This document shows positions 34,641 to 48,841 of a stretch of 58,849 bases of DNA, one piece after another (the first letter of the stretch is position 1; each line of letters opens with the position of its first letter). Location: assembly GCF_001194135.2 (NCBI RefSeq), contig NC_068982.1, positions 110,291,842-110,350,690 of the forward strand, given 5' to 3'. Under the pieces are notes generated by a model that was not told the origin of the DNA, searched no databases, and saw only the letters and a list, made by a program, of their open reading frames with translations. Position numbers and translations under genes: made by a program. This stretch comes from Octopus bimaculoides (Eukaryota).

Positions 34641-35466
34641 GTAGGTGTATTATTTTTATAACTTGCTTAATATTTTTGTGTTTTTTAACACTGTGGGGAA
34701 TAGCTCTTGGTTGATTTAGTTGCTATTTCTACCAAGTTGAGCAACTATATAGAAACTCCATTACTAGTTGAACTGTTTTTCTCTCAACTCATTTGTCCTC
34801 CATCATACATGCATTACTATTATTTATCCAGTGGAACATCTGGAAGCTTCATTTCTTTCTAACCATCACACACCTTTTGCATTCAGTGCATTATTTGTAG
34901 CACTGCATTTTGCATACAAGTATCATACAAGTTGTCTTTATTCAGAGAATAAAACCAATTGTTGCCATCAGAAATAATAGCTCCCTGGACTTTTCCACTC
35001 CATGCTTGTTCTGGCAATTATGCTTTTGGAACACTCACTACCATTGCTAATTAGATCACCTAGATTACTATTAATTAAGTCAACTACTCATAATCCTGGA
35101 TATTTAAAGAAGTTCATCTTGCTTGTATTTTTACTCCTTCCTGTTCCTGTGCATCTGCCAAAATATGGAGCCTATTTTTCCTTCTGCTTATTTATGATCC
35201 ATCACACTACACCTCTTGAGCATCCATTGTTTTATGTTGGATACATCGAATGGAATTCCTGCTTACTCCTTTTCTGTATATTAGGCATGGCCACTTTCCC
35301 AACAGCAGAATGATCCTGTTTTCTTTCCTCTAACTAAAATTTTAGTCTTTGCTAGATTTATTTTTAAAGCCTCTTGATTTTTGCTTAGTTTTGCTACCAA
35401 GTTTGAATTTTCATCTTTAAACCTTTATAAATATGTGTTTGTATCTGTATTTTGAAATTATTACAG

Positions 35467-35660
35467 GTAGAGAAAAAGCCTGTTGAATGTCCACTTGATA
35501 AAAATGAGTTAGGTAGTAACACATGGTCACTCCTTCATACAATGGCTGCTTATTATCCAGATAAACCAACACCACAACAGCAACAAGACATGCATTCATT
35601 TATAAATATTTTTGCAAAGTTTTATCCATGTGAATATTGTGCAGAACATCTAAGGGAAGA
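35467..35660 (+). CDS. GFER: ERV1/ALR coding exon 2
   Basis: ttacag|GTA GAG...; [26 protein letters not shown]...[12 protein letters not shown] carries the redox CxxC; donor GA|gtaagt (phase 2). Confidence 0.95.
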
Positions 35661-36874
35661 GTAAGTCTTGTTTGTTTATTTTTTATTACTATTTTTTTAA
35701 CCATTTTCCTACTGTTTTTTCACACAAACCAATTATGGAACCTCTAAGGGATCGCTTGACTTGATAAAAATAGCAATAAAATATCCCTGAAAGGAACACA
35801 TTGATTAACTGGAATGCCTTTAATCATAGGCCTGCTTAGTCAGTGCTGACTTTGGACTAAACAGCAATTGTTTTTTATTACAGTTTTGTGGAAATGTCTT
35901 GAGTAAATGTTGGTGTTTACATATTTCAAGGATCATTTGGCTTTTCTTCTGTTTCTGTAATTTTAAATAAAACCAAAGGAGCCCTTTGTAAATCACTTGA
36001 AATAACAGCCACATCATTCCCAGATCATGTGATTGTTTTTGAAAAAAAAAACAAGAATGCTTTGAATAAAGTAGTCCTAAATATTGTATATTTGAAAACA
36101 AGATCAGGTAGTCACAATTGTAATAGCATTGATTACATATGTCTACTAGATAAGTGCTGAGCAGAAACTAACTCTCCCCAAAATATCACTGTGTAACACG
36201 ATTTTTGTCCTTGTGTAGCAACTGTTATTTCCTATTTGCTTACTCCTAGAAAGTATGAAAAATGGTTAATATTTCCTTCAAACTTTGCTTTCCTCAAACT
36301 TGTCTCCACTTTGGATAGTTAAAAGTAAGCTGAACTGTTGAGCTTATGATCCCCGTATTTATACTACCACCTATGGTGCCAGAACGTTCTAGAAATTCTT
36401 GAAACTTTTAAAAAATTTTACTCCAGCAACTCAGCAACTGTCTAAAATGCAATGGAAAATAGATCAGTTTCAAAACATTGACATCCAGGTCTCAAAAGCA
36501 AAGTTTGAAGGGAATAGTAATCATTTCCTTTGATTTCTAGATAGAAGCAAATAAGAAATAACACTTACTGGCCAAAGACAAAAAAAAAATTTTTTTAATT
36601 TTGTTACACAGTGTAATCTTATTCCTCTGTCTGCAGCAACCAGTCTGATTAGTAGACATTGTTTTGCAAGGATGGATTCCCATGGAACTGAATGTAGAAT
36701 CTGGTTTTGATTCATGCATGAATGTCTTCTTTTCTTCTTGTTTAATTCTATTTGCATTTAGGATGCTTTCTAGGATTATACTAGACTTTAGTGTACATCT
36801 GTCCACTCAGTCTTAACACACAAGTTATTATTACTGTAAGTGGGGAGGTCATACTTGATTTATATTACATATGA

Positions 36875-37649
36875 CAAAAGCCATGCTACATGGCAGTGAA
36901 ACATGGGCTGTAACTGCTGAGGACATACGTAAGCTCGCAAGGAATGAAGCCAGTATGCTCCGTTGGATGTGTAATGTCAATGTGAATACCCGTCAGAGTG
37001 TAAGTATCTTGAGAGAAAAGCTGAACATTAGAAGCATCAGTTGTGGTGTGCAAGAGAGACGATTGCACTGGTATGGACACGTGGTGAGAATGGATGAGGA
37101 TAGCTGCCTGAAAAAGTGCCACACCCTAACAGTTGAGGGAACCCGTGGAAGAAGTAGGCCCAGGAAGACCTGGGCTGAGGTGGTGAGGCNNNNNNNNNNN
37201 NNNNNNNNNNNNNNNNNNNNNNNNNNNNNNNNNNNNNNNNNNNNNNNNNNNNNNNNNNNNNNNNNNNNNNNNNNNNNNNNNNNNNNNNNNNNNNNNNNNN
37301 NNNNNNNNNNNNNNNNNNNNGCCTGACTGGCTCCCGTAGGATTTTCGAGCGAGATCGTTGCCAGTGCCCCTGGACTGGCTTGTGCAGGTGGCACATAAAA
37401 GACACCATTTCGAGCGTGGCCGTTGCCAGTATCGCCTGACTGGCCTTCGTGCAGGTGACACGTAAAAGCACCTACTACACTCTCTGAGTGGTTGGCGTTA
37501 GGAAGGGCATCCAGCTGTAGAAACTCTGCCAAATTTAGATTGGAGCCTGGTGTTGCCATCCGGTTTCACCAGTCCTCAGTCAAATCGTCCAACCCATGCT
37601 AGCATGGAAAGCGGACGTTAAACGATGATGATGATGATGATGATGATGA
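36875..37649 (+). mobile_element. 5'-truncated RTE-clade LINE (ORF C-terminus, 3' UTR and (GAT)n tail) in GFER intron
   Basis: AMLHGSETWAVT...MLRWMC...RRLHWYGHVVRM...GTRGRSRPRKTW is the RTE C-terminal signature; tail aacccatgctagcatggaaagcggacgttaaac(gat)n. Confidence 0.9.
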
Positions 37650-37651
37650 AG

Positions 37652-38060
37652 CTTACATTTACCAATCAATATTTAAACTTTGATTCTCATCATCTATACA
37701 ATATGCAAAAAGGGATTGTGCACAGCCTACAGCATCAAGAAAGACTCATAAGTAGTAACATGCACACATATCAATATGAGATGATCAGCCTTAGAAAAAC
37801 TAAGAACAAAGATATAAGAGTAAAAATGTACCTTCATCTGTCTACTTTACGTTAGATTCATGTTGGAAAAAATTAAGATAGTAAATATATTGCAGTGGAT
37901 GTGAAATCAATAAATCTATTTACACTCTGGACAGGAAGATTTGTCAAGCAGGATTACAATAATAACAGAATGAGAACAATATGCCTTCCATGAATTGAAT
38001 AAAGGGCTCAGTTCTAAATTTTGAGAACAAAACTGAATACAAGAAGCACTTGAAAGACAT
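37652..38060 (+). mobile_element. Penelope-like element remnant (RT thumb/linker region) in GFER intron
   Basis: TNQYLNFDSHH...KGIVHSL matches the PLE YRKPTHTDxYLxFxSHHP...KxGVxxSL motif; degenerate ICLP..KGLS follows. Confidence 0.55.
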
Positions 38061-38799
38061 CAGAGCATACAATATCCAAAAAAATATTGTCTCCATAACA
38101 ATCAAGATGAGGATACTAGTCCAAATATATGAATTTGAAAAAGAAGGGGAAAAGCAACTTCCAGTCTCTATAATTGAGTGCTTAGTAATCAGAGAATCTA
38201 ATAATAAAAAAACACCCTTAATAATATGGACAAATGGATTTAAAAACAATATATTTTACTATCAGTGGGTGTACTAAATCTTCTAATTCATATTGATACA
38301 AAAATATATAGTACAAACCAGAACCTTAAGCACATTATGCAATAATATACACAATATTTTTACAACTTAATACCTTAACTACTCGAGTGGAACTTCTTTT
38401 AGTCTAGTAAACTGGAGCAAAGAGTTTTATGTGCATTCGCAGAGACGCAACACATTAACTGCAGTGAAGATTTGAAATTATAACCATGTAAGGCAATCCA
38501 GCACCTTGACATCTCAGCTGTTGTTGCCTCACCAAATCTTGCTCAATTTCTTTTAGTATGTGAATCCCTAATTAAAGCTATTAAATTGTATCTTTGCTGG
38601 TGTAGAATGAGGAAATACTGGCAAATTTATCTAACAAATCCTTTCACATACATAACTGTCTATTTATTATGTTCCATCATCGTTTAACGTCCACGTTAAA
38701 TGATGATGATGATTGTGTTTTATACTAATATATCTTGTGAATTGACAAAACAATTAGGATATTAAAGTACTGTATTTCTCTTCTCTTTTTGTTTTTCAG

Positions 38800-38962
38800 T
38801 TTGAAAACTAACGCACCAGACACAAGTTCTCGCCACAATTTATCACAATGGTTTTGTCATACCCATAACCGAGTGAATCTCTTGCTTGGTAAACCACAGT
38901 TTGATTGTAGCAAAGTTGATGAGCGTTGGAAAGATGGATGGAAAGATGGCAGCTGTGATTAA
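38800..38962 (+). CDS. GFER: ERV1/ALR coding exon 3 (terminal)
   Basis: gtttttcag|T completes GAT; [54 protein letters not shown]; stop at 38960-38962; total protein 200 aa. Confidence 0.95.
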
Positions 38963-40859
38963 ACACTAAAATGACTTGTTAGACATCCATTAACTACCCA
39001 CAAATTGCTGGTTGTTGATTAAATTTGTGATCAAAACAACAAACAAAACCTCATCCAATTTTGATACAGCCTTATTTGTTATTTGAAATTTATTTGCAAT
39101 GTAAATTTTATAAATTAGATTGAGTATACTTAGGTGTGTGTATATGTATATATATGTTTATGAGGAGAGAGTGTGGAAGATAGAAAGTATACTTACTAGA
39201 ATAATAAAATTATTTGATAACATTTTAATATTCTTCTTTTTATATTTCTGTGGTGATTCATCATAATCAAAATGCCGTCTGCTTCTCCATGTTATTCTAC
39301 ATACTATAGAATGATATTGAATCTCTAGTGAGCTAAGCATGGCTATGTGGTTAAGATGTTTCCTTCACACCACAAGGATCAGAGTTCATATTCACTGTGC
39401 AACACCTTTGGACAAGTGTCTTCTGCCATAACCTCAGATTGATCAATACTTTGTGGTAAAATTTGATAGACAGAAACTGTTCAGAAATCTGTTGTATAAA
39501 TGTATATCTATCAGTAATTTATATCAGCAAATGATATAAACATTGGCAAAAAAAAAGTATGCTTCCTTGTCACTTATGTCTTTACACTTCATAAAAAGAA
39601 AACTACTACTGAACCAGTAAAAATTATATATATGTATTTTTACCATCCACATTCCAGATAGGTCTGTAATTTACCTCTCTGTATTTCTTTGTCATCTCAC
39701 ATGTGAAGGCCGATATTTTGATGTACGTCCATTCATATTTACATGGATTAGACTGGTCTGGAATTTACCATTCTTTGTAACCTTGTAGATGGTTCATTTT
39801 GTTTTGTCCCTTCAAAAGACTTCCATTCACAATTCAGTCTACTTTTCCACCTTGAGATAAGCCTACAAGGAGATCTCTGGGCTGTCATATCTCCCTCATA
39901 TCACATCCTATTGTTTTAAAAATGGATGACACCATGGCTCAAGTGATTTTTATTCATGGCACCCAAAAAAAAACATTGGATGGTCATGGATGGAAGGCCT
40001 TTAATCAAAGGCCTAACTTACAGTTAAACAACAGCAATAATCACCTTTAAAAACTTCTACTATAACAAGTTGAAAGAGCCTCCTCATGGTTGTTTAACTA
40101 CTAAAAGTAGCTAAATTGTTTTCAAATCATACCTTTCACTCTTGGAAATTATGTGGAAGCTGATCAGAACTGATTTTCTGTTTGGCTGGAAAACTTAAAT
40201 TACTCTCATTTAACACCACCACCTACCTTTTGAGTGCCTTCAGAAAATTCTGCACTGTCGCAAGCATTCAGGCCAAGTTTTCTGTCTGCCAATAAGTTCT
40301 TCTATTCTTCTTACCATTAACCATGTGGCCACCTTAACTCCCAAGTGTCATTTGATCAACACTGTGAAGTCGAAGTCCAGCTTGGTGAGTAAGCAACTGA
40401 TTAGGACGATTAACGACATTAGGAGACCTCTAACTTTGCCTTTTAGTGCAATACCAGCAAGGTTTAAAACCAATAGTGACAGAGGTAGAGCGAGGTTTAC
40501 CCAGTTTGATAAAGTAACCCTCTACTGGCCACCACAGGACTAATTCACCAACAGAAAATCCCACTGGACAGTTTTGTTCACAACCCCCTTCCCACTGAAC
40601 ATAAAAAGCTTGAGTTAAATCTTTCTTAGTTTAGTAGATAGTCAGTTTCACCAATTGCGCAGGTTCCCAAAAATATTTAAACAACATTAAGAGTTTCTGT
40701 AAGCTGTGCACCTAATAAAAAGAAAATATTAGTAAGTAAGCTCATACATGAGACAAGCAGAATATTCATACAGAGGTAATACTACATGTCCACTTAACGG
40801 CCAATGCACAACACAGATACCATTATATATAAGGCAGAGGTGATGTCAAAGACCCAAGC

Positions 40860-41240
40860 AGGCCGACAAACATGTGAAGATAAGTGGGCACTACAGAAGG
40901 TCCCTTCCAGAACAGATTTCACAACCATAAATCATCCTTTAATAACCAGGTGAGGTAGTGCAGTAGACGAGACTGGAAGTGATGACGACAGACGCCTTTT
41001 TGGCTATGCTCTCATTGGCTTTTCCAAGTTTCACTTGAAAGAGAAAATAATGGTAGAGAAATAAGTGCTGCTCCCAGTAAGTTATTTGAAAAGGGTCTTA
41101 GAGTAGCAAGGATTGTCCTGGTGAACAGGCCAGCTCTAAGCATGCACCTATAGAATGAAGGAGGAGAAAGCACTTGCTCTAGTGGTCAGGATGACTGATT
41201 TTGTTGGTTTCCACGAGTAGCCCCCAGAAGTCTTCAGCTA
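40860..41240 (+). mobile_element. Second 3' fragment of the Tx1/L1-like family
   Basis: ttttccaagtttcacttgaaagagaaaa...gcacttgc...gtttccacga..cccccagaagtc aligns with 6170-6395. Confidence 0.55.
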
Positions 41241-41354
41241 ACCCCAACGTGTGCCCTTGTACCTATTTTAGAAAAATGAAGACGGTGAAATGACAGAAGA
41301 GTTAAGAGTCAAACAAAATGCATTGCAGTATTTGCTCCAGTTCTGCATTCGGTC

Positions 41355-42850
41355 AGTATAATTTACCGGGGCGGTCATGAAAACAGAGAAAAAAGTCTAC
41401 TAGGTGTAAAAAAAATGTGTAGAAAACAAATAGGAAAACAAAAATTTGCGCAAATGAACGGGGTGGGGGGAGGCGACTTTCGGAAAACTCACACAAGCCG
41501 ATTTTTTCCCTCATAACTTTCAGGAAAATGGATATCTTTTCATGAAATTTTACAGAAACACCTTTCAAATAGCATAGATTACGATTATAAAGAAATTTGT
41601 GGGGAAAGTTCACACAATCCGTTTTTACCCCTCATAACTTTCAGGATCTAGTTTAGCGCCCGGTCACCAAAACGACAAGTCAGTCTAATAGGTGTACAAA
41701 AACGTGTAGAGAACGAATATGAAAACAAAAATTTGCGTAAACCAACGTGGGGCAGAGGACTTTCGGAAAATTCACACAATCCGATTTTTGTTNNNNNNNN
41801 NNNNNNNNNNNNNNNNNNNNNNNNNNNNNNNNNNNNNNNNNNNNNNNNNNNNNNNNNNNNNNNNNNNNNNNNNNNNNNNNNNNNNNNNNNNNNNNNNNNN
41901 NNNNNNNNNNNNNNNNNNNNNNNNNNNNNNNNNNNNNNNNNNNNNNNNNNNNNNNNNNNNNNNNNNNNNNNNNNNNNNNNNNNNNNNNNNNNNNNNNNNN
42001 NNNNNNNNNNNNNNNNNNNNNNNNNNNNNNNNNNNNNNNNNNNNNNNNNNNNNNNNNNNNNNNNNNNNNNNNNNNNNNNNNNNNNNNNNNNNNNNNNNNN
42101 NNNNNNNNNNNNNNNNNNNNNNNNNNNNNNNNNNNNNNNNNNNNNNNNNNNNNNNNNNNNNNNNNNNNNNNNNNNNNNNNNNNNNNNNNNNNNNNNNNNN
42201 NNNNNNNNNNNNNNNNNNNNNNNNNNNNNNNNNNNNNNNNNNNNNNNNNNNNNNNNNNNNNNNNNNNNNNNNNNNNNNNTCGGAAAACATTTTCCCCTAC
42301 AAATTTCTTTATAATCATAATTTGTGCCATTTGAACGGTATATAACATTTCACTGTGGAGACGCAATGGCCCAGTGGTTAGGGCAGCGGACTCGCGGTCA
42401 TAGGATCGCGGTTTCGATTCCCAGACCGGGTGTTGTGAGTGTTTATTGAGCGAAAACACCTAAAGCTCCACGAGGCTCCGGCAGGGTATGGTGGTGAACC
42501 CTGCTGTACTCTTTCACCACAACTTTCTCTCACTCTTACTTCCTGTTTCTGTTGTGCCTGTGTCACGCTGAATATCCCCGAGAACTACGTTAAGGGTACA
42601 CGTGTGTGTGGAGTGCTCAGCACTTGCACGTTAATTTCACGAGCGACGGAGTGCCAACAACAAACATTTCACTAATATATATCCATTTTCCTTAAGGCTA
42701 AGAGGGAAAAATCGGGTCTTGGGAATTTTCCGAAAGTCCTCTCCCCATCCACCTTCATTCGTTTGCGCAAATTTTTGTTTTCATAATCGTTTTCTACACA
42801 TTTTTTACACCTAGTACGCTGGGTTTGTCTTTTCATGACTGGGTCTGTGT
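41355..42850. mobile_element. Foldback-like element with long inverted arms directly upstream of HOGA1
   Basis: 41360-41610 is the diverged reverse complement of 42285-42845 once the SINE is removed. A second direct unit starts near 41655. The centre is a gap. Confidence 0.65.
42355..42662 (+). mobile_element. SINE family C with internal deletions and an 11-bp TSD
   Basis: tRNA-like head ggagacgcaatggcccagtggttagggcagcggactcgcgg..ggtttcgattcc; aacatttcact at 42344-42354 and 42663-42673. Confidence 0.9.
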
Positions 42851-43135
42851 GGTTAATTTTGCTGTTCATCCCTCAGAGATCGATAAAATAAAAGTACAAG
42901 TCAAGTTCTGAGGTCGATCTAATCGACAACACTTTTCCCCACAAGAATTTCCAGCTTTGTGCACACTGAGAAGCGATTATTGTAGAGGTGTAATTGTAGT
43001 AGCAGGCGGCAGAGAGGAAGTGAGAGATAGGAGAGATAAGAGAGAGAAGAAAAAAGATAATAAAACCAAGCAAAGTACAGAGAAGAGAACAAGTGGAATA
43101 CACTAGTACTTGTTTCAAGAAAACAGTTGTTAAAA

Positions 43136-43364
43136 ATGTCTGTTAGAAGTTTATTTCGGAGAGCGATTCGAACTGGTTACCTCTGTGCAACATCTTGTCG
43201 CCAGAACAGAATACGACTTGCGTCGCTGTCCACCCAGACGAAAACTAAACTTGATTTACGGGGTATATTCCCTCCTATTACAACACCTTTCAATGCCGAC
43301 GAAACTATAGCATTCGATAAACTTGAGAAGAACTTATCCTTATGGAAGAATATACCATTCAAAG
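43136..43364 (+). CDS. HOGA1: 4-hydroxy-2-oxoglutarate aldolase, mitochondrial (DapA family), exon 1 with Arg-rich transit peptide
   Basis: MSVRSLFRRAIRT...LDLRGIFPPITTPF...KLEKNLSLWKNIPFK; donor G|gttggt (phase 1). Confidence 0.92.
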
Positions 43365-45456
43365 GTTGGTCGGTGATTACAGATTTCTAACCTTTTTGTT
43401 TTGTTCATTGTTTTTAACTTGTTTAAATTCTTTATTATTTATTAAATTTCCTGTTATTTTTATATCCACTTAATTCCATTAATAGTTTACAATAGTTGAA
43501 TAGGTAGACTGCTGAAACTTTCACTTCTCTCTATCTATATAAAAATTTATTATTGAAATTGGAAAGTTCAATTTTGACTCTTCCAGTTCCAGTATTCAGA
43601 ATCTCACAGAGATTGAACCGATTCCAATATTAATTTTCTTTACTCTACAAACGTATTGAGTCTTCTCTTAAAGGTAACTACCTAATCCATGTGTGCGGAT
43701 AGCTAGCGAATAGGACTTTCTTGGAGCCTAAAATAAAATATATGCTTTGTGGTATTTGTTCCAGGCCTCTGAGTTCCAGTTCCACCTGTCATCATTACCT
43801 TTCATCCTTTCAAGGGTCGATAAAATAAAGTAGTTGTCCGGGCAATGTGAGAACATCGGATGACCCCTTACGTTCTGAGTTTGTTGGGTGAAAGACTTAA
43901 TCCTCTCCCGATTGAACACCATTTGTTCTTTTGTAGCCTCCCTCAGGTGTATCACTTTCAGATTACCCCCAATTCGGGAAGTAGAATAAAATCGATTGAG
44001 ATTTGCACTGCAAACTACGATAAAATTCTAATTGACAATGCAGTATTTAAGGTTAAATTTACAAGATCATAACTCTGTGTCTATGTCCCCGACCACCGTT
44101 TGACAACCGGTGTTAGATTGTTTATGTCCCCGTGACTTCACAGTCCGGCAAAAGATAGCGATAGTAAAAGTACTAGGCTTTTAAAAAAAACGAAAAAACA
44201 AGTACTACGTTCGGTGGAATTTTGGTTTAAGCATTATGGATTATGGATCGAAGCATTCCATGTTTCAGTCAATATGGGGTTTTAATATCGGTATATGGCT
44301 TCAGATTTATCTCATTAGGGAGTGGCTGTTGTGATGCTTTTACCAAATGTAATAATCTTTTATAGATAAAGACTGATGATGCTTCTACATTAATATCGAA
44401 CATCTTTTACAAAATTCAAAAAGAAAAAATAATAAAAAACCTGTGTTGTCATTTTAAATCTTGTGAAAAAAATACCAGAATCTCAATAGTGAAGATTTTG
44501 AAAATTCCTTAATATTGAACACATTGTTGATTATCACAGAAAATTTGTTCCATTGCAAATCAACAAAGTTAGGGACAGACTACGTATTACTGCAAAACTT
44601 AAAATGACATTGAATATTTGTAGCATAGTTCATCATCCTCATCAATCCACTTTTCCATGCTTGCATGGGTCAAATGGAATTTATTGAAGCAGATTTGTTA
44701 AGACCAGATACCTTTTCTGTTGCAAACCCTTACTTATGTCCAAGCGAGGTACTTTATCTCCATATTTGGACATGTTTTCATGGAAGATTGGAAACAAATG
44801 ACAAAGCTGTTCACTTACAACTAATGCATGATGTCAAGAAAAGGAGACACACACACACATAGACTGCTTCTTTCAGTTCCCATCTTCAAAATTCACACAC
44901 AAGGCTTTGATCGACTCAGGACTATAATAAAAGACACTCACAATGCAGTGGGACTGAACCCAAAACCATGTAGTTAGGAAACAAACCTCTTAACCTCTCA
45001 GCCAGTTAAAGCAGAAGAAAATAAAGATGTACTTGTAGTTCCCTTCACTTTTATGGTTTGCTTGCATATTTGTCATAAAGTTCGATTGTTAACTAATTTA
45101 TCAAATTTTTCATCACACAATGTCACAGTAGTATGATGAAAAATTATTACTATTATAATTTTTACTGCAAAAAAGAACTTTTTTTTTCATAAAGACAATC
45201 AATAATACTTCCCAAACTACGACATATATTGTTGAGAAAATCAGTTCTGTCTTCTTTCTAACACAAAACTGATGAGTCAATAGATCAGTTCAGTCATCTT
45301 ATAAAGGTTGTGAATGTAAATAAAGCTGTTTTACCGTGCATTCAAAGCAGGTTATGGGTTGGATATACTATACCAAAACACACTGTAATTTGTTTATTTA
45401 ATATTCTAATTTGAATGAGAGCTCCATTATTTATTATTCTTTTTTTTTTATAATAG

Positions 45457-45588
45457 GTTACACTTTGATGGGCTCAAATGGAGAATATGTCTTTTTAAGT
45501 CTGGAAGAACGACTGGATATTGTACAGAAAGTTATTAGTTTGACCAAAGAAGATGACAAAATCATAATGGTTGGTACTGGTTGTGAAT
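45457..45588 (+). CDS. HOGA1: HOGA1 exon 2
   Basis: taatag|GT TAC...; GYTLMGSNGEYVFLSLEER...MVGTGCE; donor T|gtaagc. Confidence 0.95.
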
Positions 45589-47789
45589 GTAAGCATTTTA
45601 TTTAATTTTTCCTTAATAGTACCATGTTGGAACCACTTTCCTATTGTTAAGCTATCTCCTCTTTCTTGTCTCTTCTGCTATGATGCTTTCTGCTCTTCTG
45701 TATTCACTGATTATATGGCACAACCACCACTTAATTCCACCCATTTCACTTGCTTCTTCTCCTCTTCCTTTCATTTTACTATCTGATATGTCCCACTAAA
45801 TTCTTTTTTTCTAATCCTTCTTTATCACAGCTACAGGCCTCTGAAACTATCATCCTGTATAACCATCCAATAGCGTTCAAAAATTCCAACCAAACATTAA
45901 TTTGCTGTCTCTACCAACTTGTCTAGGAAACAGAGTATTAACCATATTAGCCCAAATCAGTGATCTCTACTTTGCTTTGGGAAGTCTTTTGACCCTGCAT
46001 CTCTTCCTTTGGTTAAATCTAAAATAATAAAAATATTACTTATATAAATAGTTTCTCAAATGACATAACATGTGAAGTTCCCCCAAAATACTGGTGGTCT
46101 GCCCATTTTTTTGTAAGATTCTCAAAGTAGTGTCCTACAAAGGAAGAGGTGTCATCTCACTCTGTTGAGATTGACATGGTTACTGTTTAGCTTGAAATAA
46201 ATTGGTCTTGGCTAAAATAGTTTTGAACATAGATTTATTTAGTCAGGGTTGATGTTTTTTTAAAATTCATCACCTTCATTTGATTACTATACATTTTCTC
46301 ATACTGACATGGGTTGACCAGATCTGCTCAATAGGGACTTTTATGTACCACAGTCTTGAATCCTTTCATCCATAAAATTGATAACAGCTGATCAGTTTCC
46401 TTCATCGTTTCATTGTAGTTATTATTGTTGTTGTTTAAACCCAGGTTGGCACTGATCCAGAAGACCTATAACCAAAGACATTCCAACTATGACTATTCTG
46501 CCTTCTTTTAAGGCAGTAGGGCATTGTTTGAGAGATTTTTGCCTGTTATTTCTAGTAGACTGAGCAACTACATAGAAGCTTCTTTGTAGATTCATACATT
46601 GTAGTATTCTGGTTTGTAAATATTTCAGGGATGAATCATTACTTGATTAGTAAAGTGAGTTGTTTTTTTTTTGGCAGTTTTAATTAAATGCCTTAATATT
46701 TCAACTGAAGTGTAAATTAAGTCTGCATGGATAGAAATGTCATTTCTTACTTAATTAAGCTCTTGATATTCAAAACTGACAATATGTATATAGAACACAA
46801 GTGTCTAATGTTTCAAATTATATCTCCTTTCAAAGTAGTTCATTTTAACTTAGTACTTTTGAAGGTGGAGAGAGAAACCACACATAATTTATTTTAAAGG
46901 TGACCTGGTGGTGGTATTACATTTTAACTAATCTTCTGCATAAGTTTTCGTAAATGAAAGATAACCTATATTGAATTAACATCATTTACATACAAAAATA
47001 ATTATCTTTCACTTGGAAGATATTTATTAGCTTTAAGATATGGTGCCTGGTGAATATTGCTGCTGGGTCAAGGTGATCCAGCTGTGACCATATAGTTTTC
47101 CTTTTTTTTCTTTTAGGCATAATTACGACTACATGTCTAACTACTTCTTTGTGACTTTTAGACAAGTATGATTTGAGGGAGACTTAGCTGTTATTTTTAC
47201 CATGTTGAGTCCCTACGATTGGTTTGTATAAATTGGTGAAAGCATTCAATGAAAATATTATGTGAAATAAATGTTCATTCAGTCTACTTGAAATAGCAGC
47301 TAAAGCTCCTTCATATCATATCCTTCCATCTTAAAAATTGGAAGGACACATTAGACAATGTAGTCCTAAATTCATTTAAAAAGATGAGAAAGCTTTTGCT
47401 CATAGATCTGTTCAATCAAGGCTTACCCAGGCTTAAACAACAACAGAACTACATATGAAGTTTGCCTCAGTAACATTTATACTTCATTGCTACTGACAGA
47501 CAAACAGGCAATCAGACAGTCATATTAGAATGTAACTGAATTTTATCAATGATCACTACTTACCCACCCATACCACTTCTCTTGTATTCACCTTCCTGTA
47601 ACTTGAGGGTAGACTCTGACATATCTTCACCACCATCCTTCTCTACCAAGTGGGGTAACCATGTATCACCCTAACAGTAAGACATGTTCCTGTTCTGTCA
47701 TACTTTAATCACTTAACACTTCCTCAATACTACTCGCCCATCTCATTTGAGGGGGTCTTGCCTTGTGAGTCACTTGTTGACTTTACTAA

Positions 47790-47965
47790 TGTTGGTGCCA
47801 TGTAAAAAGCACCCAGTACACTTTGTAAAGTGGTTAGCATTAGGAAAGACATCCAACCATAGGAACCATACCAAAGCAGATATTGGAGCACAATGCAGTC
47901 CTCTGGTTTGCCAGTTCTTGTCAAACTGTCTAACCCATGCTAGCATGAAAAACAGGCATTAAATA
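47790..47965 (+). mobile_element. Short RTE-3'-end-derived repeat
   Basis: aaaagcacccagtacact..gtggttagcattaggaa..catcca..aacccatgctagcatg resembles the RTE tail at 37465-37625. An opposite-strand relative lies at about 50248-50430. Confidence 0.65.
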
Positions 47966-48713
47966 ATGATCATGTTTAGGAAGATGTTGTTTTATCATAC
48001 CGGTATATCTACATCTTTGTATGTGCATAAATGTTTCTCTATGTCAATTGATCTATCAAATATATGAATAACATGCTTAGATGAAGAGGTCTGATAATAC
48101 TAAAACATGTCTAGAGTTGTTTTCATGTCTATTAAAAACAGACTATCCATCCCCTCCACATTATCTATTTACAATTTTAATTAATTTGGATTCTCATGTG
48201 TCAACTCATTAAAGTAAAAACAAAATTCCTTTTGATTTTGAGTTGTTTCCCATGCCTTTTGGTTTGGTTTAATTAAACATTGTTCAACAATCTACATCTT
48301 TTCTCAATGTGAATATAGTCTTTATTAATTAAAGTATTAAAGTGATCATATACATTTCATTAAGTATATTAGTGCCTACTTTACTATTTACCACCTTCAG
48401 TTTTCTATCTGAAGCTACATTGTGTCCCTCTGTAGCAAAGGTTTAGGTTTTCCATGGCTTAATTACACTAACTATAAATAAGCGCTATGAGGAGGTACAA
48501 TGCACCTTCTCTAAACAAGAAGTGCATTTCATACTTGGTAACTTTTTTTGTTAGACTACAGCACAACTCAAATATTTGTATGACTTTAGAAAAAGTAATA
48601 GTAAATAACTCAAGTACATCATATTCTAAAATATTGTATGAAGATGAGGATGAAGTCTCCATTAGTTCCAGCATAGGTTAACTGAAGAGGTTACAAATTT
48701 CATATACTTTCAG

Positions 48714-48841
48714 CAACACAAGCAACCATTAAGTTTACCAACCAAATAGCATCAGTTGGTGCTGACACTGCACTAGTAGTGACACCATGCTATTACAAAG
48801 GAGGTATGTCAAACTCTGCCCTTATACAACATTATAGAAAG
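48714..48841 (+). CDS. HOGA1: HOGA1 exon 3 (128 nt)
   Basis: tttcag|CA ACA...; [43 protein letters not shown]; donor AAG|gtaaga. Confidence 0.95.

Noticed and set aside
35467-35470. Alternative acceptor cag/gtag at GFER coding exon 2
   Set aside because: Use of the AG at 35469-35470 shifts the frame and destroys the CPLD and CEYC motifs.
43015-43022. ETS-like AGGAAGTG upstream of HOGA1
   Set aside because: It is a short motif inside a GA-rich tract and is expected by chance.
45268-45300. Other CTGATGA occurrences (also near 23733, 44372, 52563)
   Set aside because: None is followed by a stem II plus GAAA, so they are not hammerheads.
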